The position numbers were made by a program, and so were the translations under genes. From contig MGKV01000008.1 of NCBI GenBank assembly GCA_001795795.1, positions 1-58,478 on the forward strand: a DNA stretch of 58,478 nucleotides, given 5' to 3'. A model generated the notes under the pieces. The model made no database searches. It was not told the origin of the DNA and was given only the letters and a program-made list of their open reading frames with translations. This document shows, piece after piece, positions 24,667 to 32,871 of this stretch. Position 1 is the stretch's first letter. Every line of letters begins with the position of its first letter. Source of the stretch: Candidatus Yanofskybacteria bacterium RIFCSPLOWO2_02_FULL_45_18 (GTDB lineage: Bacteria; Patescibacteriota; Minisyncoccia; 2-02-FULL-40-12; GWA2-44-9).

Positions 24667-24795
24667 ATGGTGTAGGGCTTATGGCGTATAGCTTTTAGCT
24701 TTGAATGCGAAAAACCTTGCCAACAAGCCGATTAGGATGACACTCTTATTATGCTCCTCGCTTGACAGGGTGTTAAGGGGGGGTGTGGATAACTG
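24611..24795 (-). repeat. Promoter-leader-anchor module, copy 1 (paralogous to 32631..32805)
   Basis: About 185 bp that I estimate by eye at ~85-90% identical to copy 2. Covers the DnaA-box-like 9-mer, -35/-10, a ~80-nt leader with a heptamer array, and the first ~18 codons. Confidence 0.75.
24748..24792 (-). promoter_or_regulatory. Predicted promoter with perfect DnaA-box consensus upstream
   Basis: Minus strand reads TTATCCACA (24792-24784), CCCCCCC, -35 TTAACA (24776-24771), 17-nt spacer, -10 CATAAT (24753-24748). Confidence 0.45.
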
Positions 24796-24798
24796 GAA

Positions 24799-24822
24799 AC
24801 AAAAACCGACCCGAGGGTCGGT
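24799..24822 (-). terminator. Rho-independent terminator after the OMP-like gene
   Basis: CCGACC-CGAG-GGTCGG hairpin followed by TTTTTGTTT on the minus strand. Confidence 0.6.
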
Positions 24823-24825
24823 AAA

Positions 24826-25461
24826 CTAGAATTCGTAGGCGGTGCCGAATGAAAACATTTTGCCGTTTTTGAAGCCGAATTCGTTTTCGGCGAGAAAATG
24901 CCAAATACGGAACTGGTTCAGAATCGTCAGTTTGCCGCCATAGTAGGGTCCCTCGCGTTTGACCGTCAAGGTTTGGTCAAGGTCTTCAAAAACCTGCATG
25001 CGCAGATTTTCTTTATAGCGATAATGTCCCATCTGTCCGCCTATGCCGATGAACATCCGGTATCTGGCAATTTTCAGCGGCGACATGTAGATGTTGAACC
25101 CGGCTGCTTTGATGATAACTTGCCTTGAGAGATGGTCTTTCAGATCAGGTATACCCAGTTCGGGGTCAAAACCATAAACCAGCTCTTTCTCTGTTGAGAA
25201 ACGGCCTTGCACATACTCAAGCCCCAGCATTAGGCGGTCATCGGGAAAAGCGAAGCGAAGCTCAAGCGATGGCGTCAGAGCGGGCCGATTCAAATTATTT
25301 ATCTCTTCGGCCAGCGACTTATCAATTTCCCTGACAAACGGTTTGAACAGCGTAAAATTGTGTTCGCCTTTTACGGAAAGCTGTATCTGGGCCTTGTCTT
25401 GGGCATTGGCCGTAAATGGCAACAGGGCAACAATTACCAGCATCAGCACGCATATTTTCAT
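24826..25461 (-). CDS. Outer-membrane-type beta-barrel-like protein
   Basis: Signal peptide MKICVLMLVIVALLPFTANA-QD, alternating amphipathic strands, and a C-terminal beta-signal-like FSFGTAYEF ending in Phe. Confidence 0.5.
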   Translation of the reverse strand: MKICVLMLVIVALLPFTANAQDKAQIQLSVKGEHNFTLFKPFVREIDKSLAEEINNLNRPALTPSLELRFAFPDDRLMLGLEYVQGRFSTEKELVYGFDPELGIPDLKDHLSRQVIIKAAGFNIYMSPLKIARYRMFIGIGGQMGHYRYKENLRMQVFEDLDQTLTVKREGPYYGGKLTILNQFRIWHFLAENEFGFKNGKMFSFGTAYEF

Positions 25462-25474
25462 TTTTTCCTCCTTT

Positions 25475-26833
25475 TTACTGTTTGGAAAACTGTTTTAATG
25501 CTTCCAAGTCGGCAAGACCATAGGTTTCGGTGCGCTCAACCGTAGTCCCCTCCCAGAGCTCGTTCCATGTTCCGATATTAACGAACCCGGGCAGATTGAA
25601 ACGCCTAACCAAAGCGGAGATTGCCCGCAGATAAATCAAGCGGTTTTCGTTATTGGTGCAGAAAAGCGGCGGATGCATGGGGCTGCCGTCGCTATTTATT
25701 CTGTCCGGAATTTTGGTGTCATCCATGTGGAAAGTCAGCGGCGGAATCAGCGTTACATGGGGGACGTTCTTTTGAAGATAATCAAACCATTTTACCTGTG
25801 ACAGGGCATAGGCTTCAATGTATTCTTTGGTCAGTTCGTTGCCGCTCTGAACGGCCATTTCTTCGGAATACGCGACATAACTTGATACGGCGTCCATATA
25901 GAGCAATTGTTCTTTGAGTTTGGCGTCGGTACTGCCGAAGTTGGGCGGGGAAAATGTTCCCAAGCAATTTACGAGAAACACTCCGGTTCCCGTAATGTGG
26001 TCGGCAATGGCCTTGGCGTAGCGCATATTCAGGCCTATCGGAACCCAGAACATCAGGACCGGCTTGCCGTTGATCTTCAGAAAGTCGTCTCGGTCAAAAT
26101 GATTGGCCTTGAGATATGCGAGATCGCGCGCCCACAGTTTCTGATTAAAGGGCTTGGCGAAGTCAATCCAATAGCTGTCGCCTCGAGGCGTTTTTTCAAC
26201 GGTATATTCGTAGCCCTTGGGATTGTTCGGAAACCAAGCCAACTCGTAGAGGAAAGCATATTTAATATTGCCCGCCGGCTCTCCATCGGCCGCAAGCTCT
26301 TTTTTGGCTTCCAGAAAGCCGGTCATGAAATTGATTTCTTCGTATCCGCAACTGCCCGGTTCCTCTCTTGGAGGGTTGAACCAGCTTGCCAGTACCGCGG
26401 CGTTGGGTCCGAGATATTCCGCCATGTCGCGCAGCTGCCACTTGGCGATTTCCTTGTCGCAGGAATTATAGATTGAGCCGCCGTAGGGAATTGTTCCCAT
26501 CTGGCCGATGTTCCTGTTTTGATTGGGGTGGTACCAGGTGTAAAAACTGGTCAGGTAAGTTAGTGTGCCGTCGGAATTGGTTGAATTGGCGGACGCAAGC
26601 CCGGATTTGTCCAAAGCGGACTGTCGGCCGTAGATTATTGAACGGATTTCTTTTGCGAGGTCGCCATAACCGGATTTGTCCGTTTCGCGGCGCAAAAGGC
26701 TGATACTGGTGTGCTTATTTTGCTTCTGGCGTTTTGCCGCGCCGTTTGCCGCCCCGTCAAAAATATCGGGGCTGGCCAAAAGAATTAGGATAGCTAGGGT
26801 CAGAATGCATTTCGGGGCGATTCCTCGGTTCAT
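25475..26833 (-). CDS. Secreted glycoside-hydrolase-like TIM-barrel protein (GH99-like; family uncertain)
   Basis: Signal anchor. FYTWYHP and a C-terminal NIGTWNELWEGTTVE resemble the YY.WY and SFNEWHEGT signatures. AAAGGAG RBS. Confidence 0.4.
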   Translation of the reverse strand: MNRGIAPKCILTLAILILLASPDIFDGAANGAAKRQKQNKHTSISLLRRETDKSGYGDLAKEIRSIIYGRQSALDKSGLASANSTNSDGTLTYLTSFYTWYHPNQNRNIGQMGTIPYGGSIYNSCDKEIAKWQLRDMAEYLGPNAAVLASWFNPPREEPGSCGYEEINFMTGFLEAKKELAADGEPAGNIKYAFLYELAWFPNNPKGYEYTVEKTPRGDSYWIDFAKPFNQKLWARDLAYLKANHFDRDDFLKINGKPVLMFWVPIGLNMRYAKAIADHITGTGVFLVNCLGTFSPPNFGSTDAKLKEQLLYMDAVSSYVAYSEEMAVQSGNELTKEYIEAYALSQVKWFDYLQKNVPHVTLIPPLTFHMDDTKIPDRINSDGSPMHPPLFCTNNENRLIYLRAISALVRRFNLPGFVNIGTWNELWEGTTVERTETYGLADLEALKQFSKQ

Positions 26834-26908
26834 ATACGCTCCTTTTTGTGAAAGAACACAAAATTTCCTTTGGGAAGGAGATTAGCATTTATAAAAACTT
26901 AATGCAAG

Positions 26909-28216
26909 TTAGAGATTTTCCGTGAGATGAGATGCTAATTTTTCGCCGGGAAGGCGGATTTGCTTGGTCGTGTCGCGGTTGCGGACGGTGACGGTGTTGT
27001 CTTCAAGCGTTTGAAAATCCACGGTGATGCAAAAAGGTGTGCCGATCTCGTCCTGCGAGTAATAGCGTTTGCCGATGTTTCCGCGGTCGTCCCAGGCGAT
27101 GGGAACAATTGACGAGCTACCATTAACCAGTGACTTGTAGATTTCGCGAGCCTTGGCGACAAGGTCTGGTTTATTGGCGAGGAGCGGGAAAATGGCGGCT
27201 TTGTAGGGAGCGAGAGACGGTTTTAATTTCAAAATTTTTCTCTCCCCGTCTTCCGCATAGGTTTCACATAAAACCGCCAGCGCCGAACGGTCAACGCCCC
27301 AGGTTGGTTCAATTACATGGGGCCAATAACTGTCGCCGGTTTGCCCGTCCCTATACGGCGGCTGGCTGAAGTGATTTTTTAAGTCAAAGTCGGTGCGGTA
27401 GGCCAAGCCGTAGAGTTCTTTGTGGCCAAAGGGAAAGTCGTATTCAAAATCAATGGTGCGTTTGGAGTAATGCGCCCTCTCCCCTTCCGGAACTTCCAAC
27501 TCGTGGATATGAGCCAAGTCAAGGCCGATTGCTTCCATCCATGAGCGCATTTCTTCCCGCCACATATCAAAAACACTCTGCCAGTCGTTGTCGTCTTTGG
27601 GCGGAGCGATAAAATACTCTATTTCCATCTGCTCAAACTCGCGGGTGCGGAAGATAAAATTACCGGGAGTAATCTCGTTGCGGAAGGCCTTGCCGATCTG
27701 GGCGATGCCGAAGGGGACAGTTGTGCGTGAGGTGTCCAGAACATTTTTAAAGTCAACAAACATACCTTGCGCCGTTTCAGGGCGCAGATAGGCGATATTG
27801 GCTTTTTCCTCGGCCGGACCGATGAATGTTTTGAACATCAGGTTAAATTGCTTGGGTTCGGTGAAGACATCCTTCTTATCGCAGTTTGGACAGGCCTTAT
27901 CATTTTCAATCTGGTCGGCGCGAAATCGCTCATGGCAGTTTTTGCATTCCACCAGCTGGTCGGAAAAACCGGCCGAAAGATGGCCTGATGCCTCCCACAC
28001 CTTGGGATTCATAATTAAAGCGGCATCAAGGCCGACGATATCCTGCCGCTGATGGACAAAACGGCTCCACCAGAGCTTTTTGATATTATTCTTCAGCTCA
28101 ACGCCGAGTGGGCCGTAGTCCCACGAGTTGGCCAGTCCGCCATAAATCTCCGACCCGGGGAATATAAACCCCCTTCTTTTGCACAAACTTACGATTTTTT
28201 CTATTGAATCCGTCAT
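26909..28216 (-). CDS. glyQS: Glycine--tRNA ligase (alpha2 dimeric type)
   Basis: 435 aa. RRGFIFPGSEIYGGLANSWDYGPLG. Confidence 0.93.
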   Translation of the reverse strand: MTDSIEKIVSLCKRRGFIFPGSEIYGGLANSWDYGPLGVELKNNIKKLWWSRFVHQRQDIVGLDAALIMNPKVWEASGHLSAGFSDQLVECKNCHERFRADQIENDKACPNCDKKDVFTEPKQFNLMFKTFIGPAEEKANIAYLRPETAQGMFVDFKNVLDTSRTTVPFGIAQIGKAFRNEITPGNFIFRTREFEQMEIEYFIAPPKDDNDWQSVFDMWREEMRSWMEAIGLDLAHIHELEVPEGERAHYSKRTIDFEYDFPFGHKELYGLAYRTDFDLKNHFSQPPYRDGQTGDSYWPHVIEPTWGVDRSALAVLCETYAEDGERKILKLKPSLAPYKAAIFPLLANKPDLVAKAREIYKSLVNGSSSIVPIAWDDRGNIGKRYYSQDEIGTPFCITVDFQTLEDNTVTVRNRDTTKQIRLPGEKLASHLTENL

Positions 28217-28219
28217 AGA

Positions 28220-30031
28220 TTATTGAACTTTTCCCTCTTTGGGCCTGTCAATTAAATTATCCGAAGTAAGGTCACGCGCTTTTATCAGCAAATTTGCATT
28301 GGTAAAGCTGTCCGTGCCAGAGAATTGGACACCCTTTATTAATGTTATTTTATCCCCCATTTGCAAGCTTGAAGGCGTAGCGCCAATCTGGAAGGACGCT
28401 TCATATTTTTCTGAATTGATTCCGATGCCTTGCGGCAGATCATCTACGGCCCATGTAACAGTAGAGGTGTTGGGGTCAAAAACTAGGGTCGGCGCGCCGA
28501 CGGTGTCGGCCAGGTTTTTCCAGCTGATGCCCGTCGGAAGAATGCCGACCACCTTCGTGTCCCGAAGAGCGTTGCCTGGATTAGACAACTGCCAATGAAT
28601 GGTAAAAAGTGTTTCCTTGCCGACCTGCGGCGGCAAAGGGCCGCTTGAGCCGAATTGTGGATCATTATAATAGCCCAGTTGTCTTATTGTTGGTTTAGAG
28701 GTGATTTTGGTTATATTGCTGGCCGAGGTTGAAATTTCATCTGTCGGGAAATCAGATGGCACATTGATGGTGATTAACTGGGAGTCGGCTCTAACCGAGA
28801 ATTCGCGTCCGCTGTCCGTATTTTCCGGAAACGCAGTTTTGAGCTTAACGAAAAACCTGATTTCTCCCAAAGCGTTAGGTTGCAGATTGCCGAACAGCGG
28901 AACTGATCCCGAGTTCCAGGTTATTGTTTTGGTTGTGTCATTGAAAAAACCGCCTTGGGTATTAATGCTAGGGTAATCATACATATCGCCGGATAGTTTT
29001 ACGGTGAGGTTTAATCCGGAAAGACTGTAAGTAGAGATATTTTTGTATTTAATAATGTAGGTAATCTTTTCTCCCGGATTGGCTATGTAGTCCGTGTCGC
29101 CGTTAGCGGTAACAGCCAAACCTAACAATGGGCTGGAAATGACAGTATCAGAAAAGGCCTTTTCGTAAGGTATGTAGGTGTCCATAAGTTTTCTTTGCAG
29201 GTTGACGGTGATGGTTTTGGCGTCCCCCTCTCTGCCATTAAGAATGCCCTGAATGCTGATGCGTCCACGGCCGTCTTTTTTAACTTTCGCAATATCCCAA
29301 ACATTATTTCCCGAAGTTGGAGCCATATCAGCCGAAATGAAAGTGAAACCATCAGGGAAAGAAAACTCAAAGCGCAAGTTGTTAATTTCATTGTCAGATT
29401 CATTGCGATAATCAAGGATATAAGTCAACTTTTGTCCGCCGACAAAAGAGGGCGGAGCAACCAGAGATAGAGCTACGGGGGTTTTGGTTATTGTGGTGGA
29501 AACTTCTTCGGTTTTTTCAAATTGAGACTTGAAAGTTCCAGCTTTGAAAACGAGGTTTACTTTGGCTTTCTTGATGTCACCCCGATTACCCACAAGGAAT
29601 GCTTTTAATTCTTTTTCCTCCGACTGCCCCGCGTTCAAAGAATCAACAACAAAGGTATCGGTCTGGTCTTCCTGCAAAGCGCCGTCCTTGATAATAGCTG
29701 ACCCGTCAGGATAGAAAAATACAAAGCTTAAATTCTTGAGTGTAATATTGGTGTTGTTGGCATAGGTTACTTTATAAGAAACTTCGTCACCGGCGCTGGC
29801 TTCTGCCGGACCTTCAAGTTTAAGTTGGACATTCTTGTCGCTGAAAGACTGGCGGCTGAACCAAAAAGACAGAATGGCAATGATAAATAAAAGCAAAGCA
29901 ATTAAAATCAGCCAACGAGTCACGTGGCTACTTAAGCCGAGGATCTTTTGAGAAACATAAAATAGGGGCGATTTGCTCGCTTCGGGTACTGACGGCGCTT
30001 GAATTGGGGGAGGAATTATTCCGTTAACCAC
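28220..30031 (-). CDS. Membrane-anchored surface protein with repeated DUF11/CARDB-like beta-sandwich domains
   Basis: N-terminal TM helix, then about 4 repeats of the GxxVxYxVxYxNxxN...LxNL type. Confidence 0.55.
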   Translation of the reverse strand: MVNGIIPPPIQAPSVPEASKSPLFYVSQKILGLSSHVTRWLILIALLLFIIAILSFWFSRQSFSDKNVQLKLEGPAEASAGDEVSYKVTYANNTNITLKNLSFVFFYPDGSAIIKDGALQEDQTDTFVVDSLNAGQSEEKELKAFLVGNRGDIKKAKVNLVFKAGTFKSQFEKTEEVSTTITKTPVALSLVAPPSFVGGQKLTYILDYRNESDNEINNLRFEFSFPDGFTFISADMAPTSGNNVWDIAKVKKDGRGRISIQGILNGREGDAKTITVNLQRKLMDTYIPYEKAFSDTVISSPLLGLAVTANGDTDYIANPGEKITYIIKYKNISTYSLSGLNLTVKLSGDMYDYPSINTQGGFFNDTTKTITWNSGSVPLFGNLQPNALGEIRFFVKLKTAFPENTDSGREFSVRADSQLITINVPSDFPTDEISTSASNITKITSKPTIRQLGYYNDPQFGSSGPLPPQVGKETLFTIHWQLSNPGNALRDTKVVGILPTGISWKNLADTVGAPTLVFDPNTSTVTWAVDDLPQGIGINSEKYEASFQIGATPSSLQMGDKITLIKGVQFSGTDSFTNANLLIKARDLTSDNLIDRPKEGKVQ

Positions 30032-30045
30032 GATACCTTATTCTA

Positions 30046-30567
30046 TCAGATGCGGCCGTTTTTCAAAAGAGGCAACGAATGGAATTTAACATTGGCATGG
30101 TATTCAAAATATGGGCCGGGGTTAATAATGCTGGCTTCGTGGAAGTAACCCAGTATTTCCAGCAGTTTAATTTGCCGGCGCTTAAAAGTTGCCGCGTCAT
30201 ATCCGTTTTTATCAAGATTTTCCAGAGTTTCAACAAGAAATTTCCAGAGTATCGGATCGCTGTCATTTTCAAAAACAAGCTTGTCTATCGTCTCAAGAAA
30301 GAAGTATGCGGCGGCGATGCTTTTGTAGGATGACTTGAGGTTGCGATAAGAGTTTTCAACCTGGGCGGCGGAGATGATGGGCATGCCACGCCCCGAAATC
30401 AGCTCAAAATCAACCAAATTCAAAACATCAAGGTGCATGCCTTGAATGGAGCCTGGTTTTAAAACGCTTTTGGCGACCGCGGTTAATTTGCCGAACTCTT
30501 TTGTGTAGCAGGTAACCCACTGGTCGTATTCGTTGGTATCCTGTTTTTTGAGGATAATGGCGCGCAT
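30046..30567 (-). CDS. recO: DNA repair protein RecO (short form)
   Basis: Start set at MRAIILKKQDTNEYDQ. OB-fold N-terminus typical of RecO. The 40-codon upstream extension is rejected. Confidence 0.75.
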   Translation of the reverse strand: MRAIILKKQDTNEYDQWVTCYTKEFGKLTAVAKSVLKPGSIQGMHLDVLNLVDFELISGRGMPIISAAQVENSYRNLKSSYKSIAAAYFFLETIDKLVFENDSDPILWKFLVETLENLDKNGYDAATFKRRQIKLLEILGYFHEASIINPGPYFEYHANVKFHSLPLLKNGRI

Positions 30568-30806
30568 CGCGGAGTGGGCTCCCCGAAGTTGTCCGCGAGG
30601 GTTCCCATTTGTCAATATCCGTTCAAGCTCGCGAGATGGACAAATGGGATACGCGTAGGCAACGAAAAGGGAACTCTGTCTAAGCATAAAGTAAAAAATG
30701 AAAAATTGATGAACCGAAATTTTAGTCTAACATTGTACGGACAAAATCAAAAACCGCCCTGAACTTGTTGAAGGACGGTTTTTGATTTTGTCATTCCAGC
30801 CGCTGT

Positions 30807-31343
30807 TTAATCGCTTTGAGCCGCTGTTGGATCAACTATATTGAAAACCTCGCTTGATCCGGTATAACTTGAGCCACCGGTAGTCATAATTGCTTTGACC
30901 ACATAACTGCCGATGGGAAGAATGCTTAAAGTGCCGTTAGCGGAATACACCTTGCCCACTGTCCACAAGTAGGGTGTGTTGCCCGAACTGCAACGCTGAA
31001 TCCCCGACTGGCCGGCGATATTGCCCATGATGCGGCCCAAGATAGTAGTTCCGGTTGAGTCCCACAAACTCAAATTGACCACTGCCGTCTTTCTATTGGC
31101 TTTGCTCACATTCTGACTGCAATATCGGATATTTTTGATATTGCCCAGACGCCACTTGGAGGATGCGCTAGGTTTGTTGATCTTTATTATGGGCGCGCCG
31201 GCCGCTTCGCTTTCTTTCAATCCGGCCGAATAATTCTTCCATGCCCAATACCCTCCGGTCGCCGCCGCGGCGATTATTACGATTAATATGAGATGGGCAA
31301 AGCCCTTTTGTCTGCTCTGAACGGGATCGAATGACTTAGTCAT
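30807..31343 (-). CDS. N-terminally anchored small surface protein
   Basis: Start set at MTKSFDPVQSRQKG-FAHLILIVIIAAAATGGYWAWKNY. The anchor-coding DNA looks by eye ~90% identical to 32590..32660. Confidence 0.55.
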   Translation of the reverse strand: MTKSFDPVQSRQKGFAHLILIVIIAAAATGGYWAWKNYSAGLKESEAAGAPIIKINKPSASSKWRLGNIKNIRYCSQNVSKANRKTAVVNLSLWDSTGTTILGRIMGNIAGQSGIQRCSSGNTPYLWTVGKVYSANGTLSILPIGSYVVKAIMTTGGSSYTGSSEVFNIVDPTAAQSD

Positions 31344-31469
31344 CGTTTGTTCTCGTTGTCTAAGGGGGGGGCAAATTTTGCCGCCCGGACGCATAAACAA
31401 AAAGAGATTATAATACTTGTTTTCATGATACCTCTTTTTGACGGGACTTATTTATGTGGGTGTGGACAA

Positions 31470-31522
31470 CTACTTTTTGATGCCGACCCAGATTGGCATT
31501 TGCGGAGCGAGTTCAAGTTCTT
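31470..31522. repeat. 53-bp direct repeat, copy 1 (orphan copy of the ileS 3' end)
   Basis: Identical to 32872..32924: CTACTTTTTGATGCCGACCCAGATTGGCATTTGCGGAGCGAGTTCAAGTTCTT. Confidence 0.95.
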
Positions 31523-31570
31523 GCAAACTGCCAAAAGCCACAAAATTATTTACACTTTGTCAGGCCTCCT

Positions 31571-32686
31571 TTATTGTCCTGCCAATGTCTGAATCTCGAT
31601 TTCACTTAAGGCGCGGTTATATATCTGAACATCATCAAGGAGGCCGTTAAAACTTCTGACGGAAGAGTATTTGTCTCTACCAATGTTAAGATTCTCTGTA
31701 TTGTAGAGTATGCCATGGTAAGCGATGCCCTGCAGAACGCCATCAAGATAAAGTTTCATTTCCCCTCCTCCCACAGCAGAGTCCCATGTTCCCGCCACAT
31801 GATGCCATGCGCCCGTAGAGATTGTATTAGATGACTGAACCCGACTCCATGTGGGGGTGCCGGCGTTTCCTATATAAAAACTCAATTTTTGATCTCCCCC
31901 AAGACCGAGTAAATATCCCTTTAAATTTGTCGGTGAGCGGAAATGCTCAATAATGCCCGGGGAATTGGTCCAATTTGGACTGCCGCTATCAATCTTAATC
32001 CATGCCGAGAGTGTAAGAGCGGTTGTCGGTCTTAATAGTGCCGTATCCGCAACACTGACATAATCAGTGTTGGAGGGGTTGAGAAGAGTTATCGCGCCAT
32101 TATTATGACCAGCCGTCCACGGATTTGGAACGGTATTTGTGGGTGTACCATTGTGACCGTTTCCACTTGAATCATTGCCATTATTATCAAGTTTCCACCA
32201 GCCGACCAAAGACCTGTCTATGCGGAAGAAGTTATCGCTTGAATCTTTGCTGATGACGGTAGTGACTCCGGCATAGACGCTTACCAAAACGACATTGAAT
32301 TTATACGCTCCGTTTGGCAGGGTTGACACAGATGGAAGCGTCCAATTGTAAGTAAATTCGCTGGCAGTTCCGACACCAAGCGGATTATCAAAAATTTGAG
32401 TTGTCTGGCCATCTTTGTTTTCTACCGATCCTTTCCAGCGATATACCATTGGCGGAACGATGGTAATTGGCTGGTCTAGAGCCCACCGCAGGGTATATGA
32501 AACGCTTAATATTTCATTGCTATTATTCGGAGCGACCACATGAACCCGGGGAGCGCCAGCCGCCTTAGGCCTTGCTATCTCGGCGCCGTAATTCTTCCAT
32601 GCCCAATACCCCCCTATCGCCGCCGCGGCGATTATTATGATTAATATGAGGTGGACAATTCCGCGTTGAGAACGCATATGGCGCAT
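31571..32686 (-). CDS. N-terminally anchored surface protein with LamG/concanavalin-A-like lectin domain
   Basis: LVGWWKLDNNGNDSSGNGHNG...LSAWIK...WHHVAGTW...MKLYLDGVL...FNGLLDDVQIYNRALS is a classic Laminin_G_3 pattern. Confidence 0.75.
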   Translation of the reverse strand: MRHMRSQRGIVHLILIIIIAAAAIGGYWAWKNYGAEIARPKAAGAPRVHVVAPNNSNEILSVSYTLRWALDQPITIVPPMVYRWKGSVENKDGQTTQIFDNPLGVGTASEFTYNWTLPSVSTLPNGAYKFNVVLVSVYAGVTTVISKDSSDNFFRIDRSLVGWWKLDNNGNDSSGNGHNGTPTNTVPNPWTAGHNNGAITLLNPSNTDYVSVADTALLRPTTALTLSAWIKIDSGSPNWTNSPGIIEHFRSPTNLKGYLLGLGGDQKLSFYIGNAGTPTWSRVQSSNTISTGAWHHVAGTWDSAVGGGEMKLYLDGVLQGIAYHGILYNTENLNIGRDKYSSVRSFNGLLDDVQIYNRALSEIEIQTLAGQ

Positions 32687-32805
32687 AGCTTATGGCGTAT
32701 AGCTTTTAGCTTTCAAAGCGAAAAACCTTGCCGACAAGCCGATTAGGACGACACTCTTATTATACTCCTCGCTTGACAGGGTGTTAATGGGGGGTGTGGA
32801 TAAGT
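32631..32805 (-). repeat. Promoter-leader-anchor module, copy 2
   Basis: Paralogous to 24611..24795. Confidence 0.75.
32759..32803 (-). promoter_or_regulatory. Predicted promoter with perfect DnaA-box consensus upstream
   Basis: Minus strand reads TTATCCACA (32803-32795), CCCCCCA, -35 TTAACA (32787-32782), 17-nt spacer, -10 TATAAT (32764-32759). Confidence 0.5.
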
Positions 32806-32810
32806 GCAAG

Positions 32811-32852
32811 GCGAAAAATACAAAGCGTAAAGCGCAAAATGCAAAATTAAAG
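32811..32852. repeat. 7-nt-period tandem array, intergenic (GCGCAAA family)
   Basis: GCGAAAA ATACAAA GCGTAAA GCGCAAA ATGCAAA ATTAAAG. Confidence 0.7.
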
Positions 32853-32871
32853 AGCGGACTCTTAAATGGCG

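Noticed and set aside
26846-26862. CRP/FNR-type operator (TTGTGTTCTTTCACAA) upstream of the GH-like gene.
   Set aside because: The half-site spacing (TGTG-N6-CACA) is 2 nt shorter than the TGTGA-N6-TCACA consensus. It is a single occurrence and is more likely a fortuitous small palindrome in the 5' leader.
30568-30687. 40-codon N-terminal extension of recO, and similar upstream extensions in the ORF track for the Lon-like, ctc, pyrH, sigma, PDZ, htrA, ackA and dCMP deaminase genes.
   Set aside because: The extensions have non-conserved, odd composition. They run into hairpins or the neighbouring gene, and internal starts align with family N-termini and often have a GGAGG-type RBS.
31571-32686. 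Diversity-generating retroelement targeting the LamG/surface proteins.
   Set aside because: There is no reverse transcriptase in the window. The repeats found are identical or ordinary paralogues, not template/variable pairs differing at adenines.
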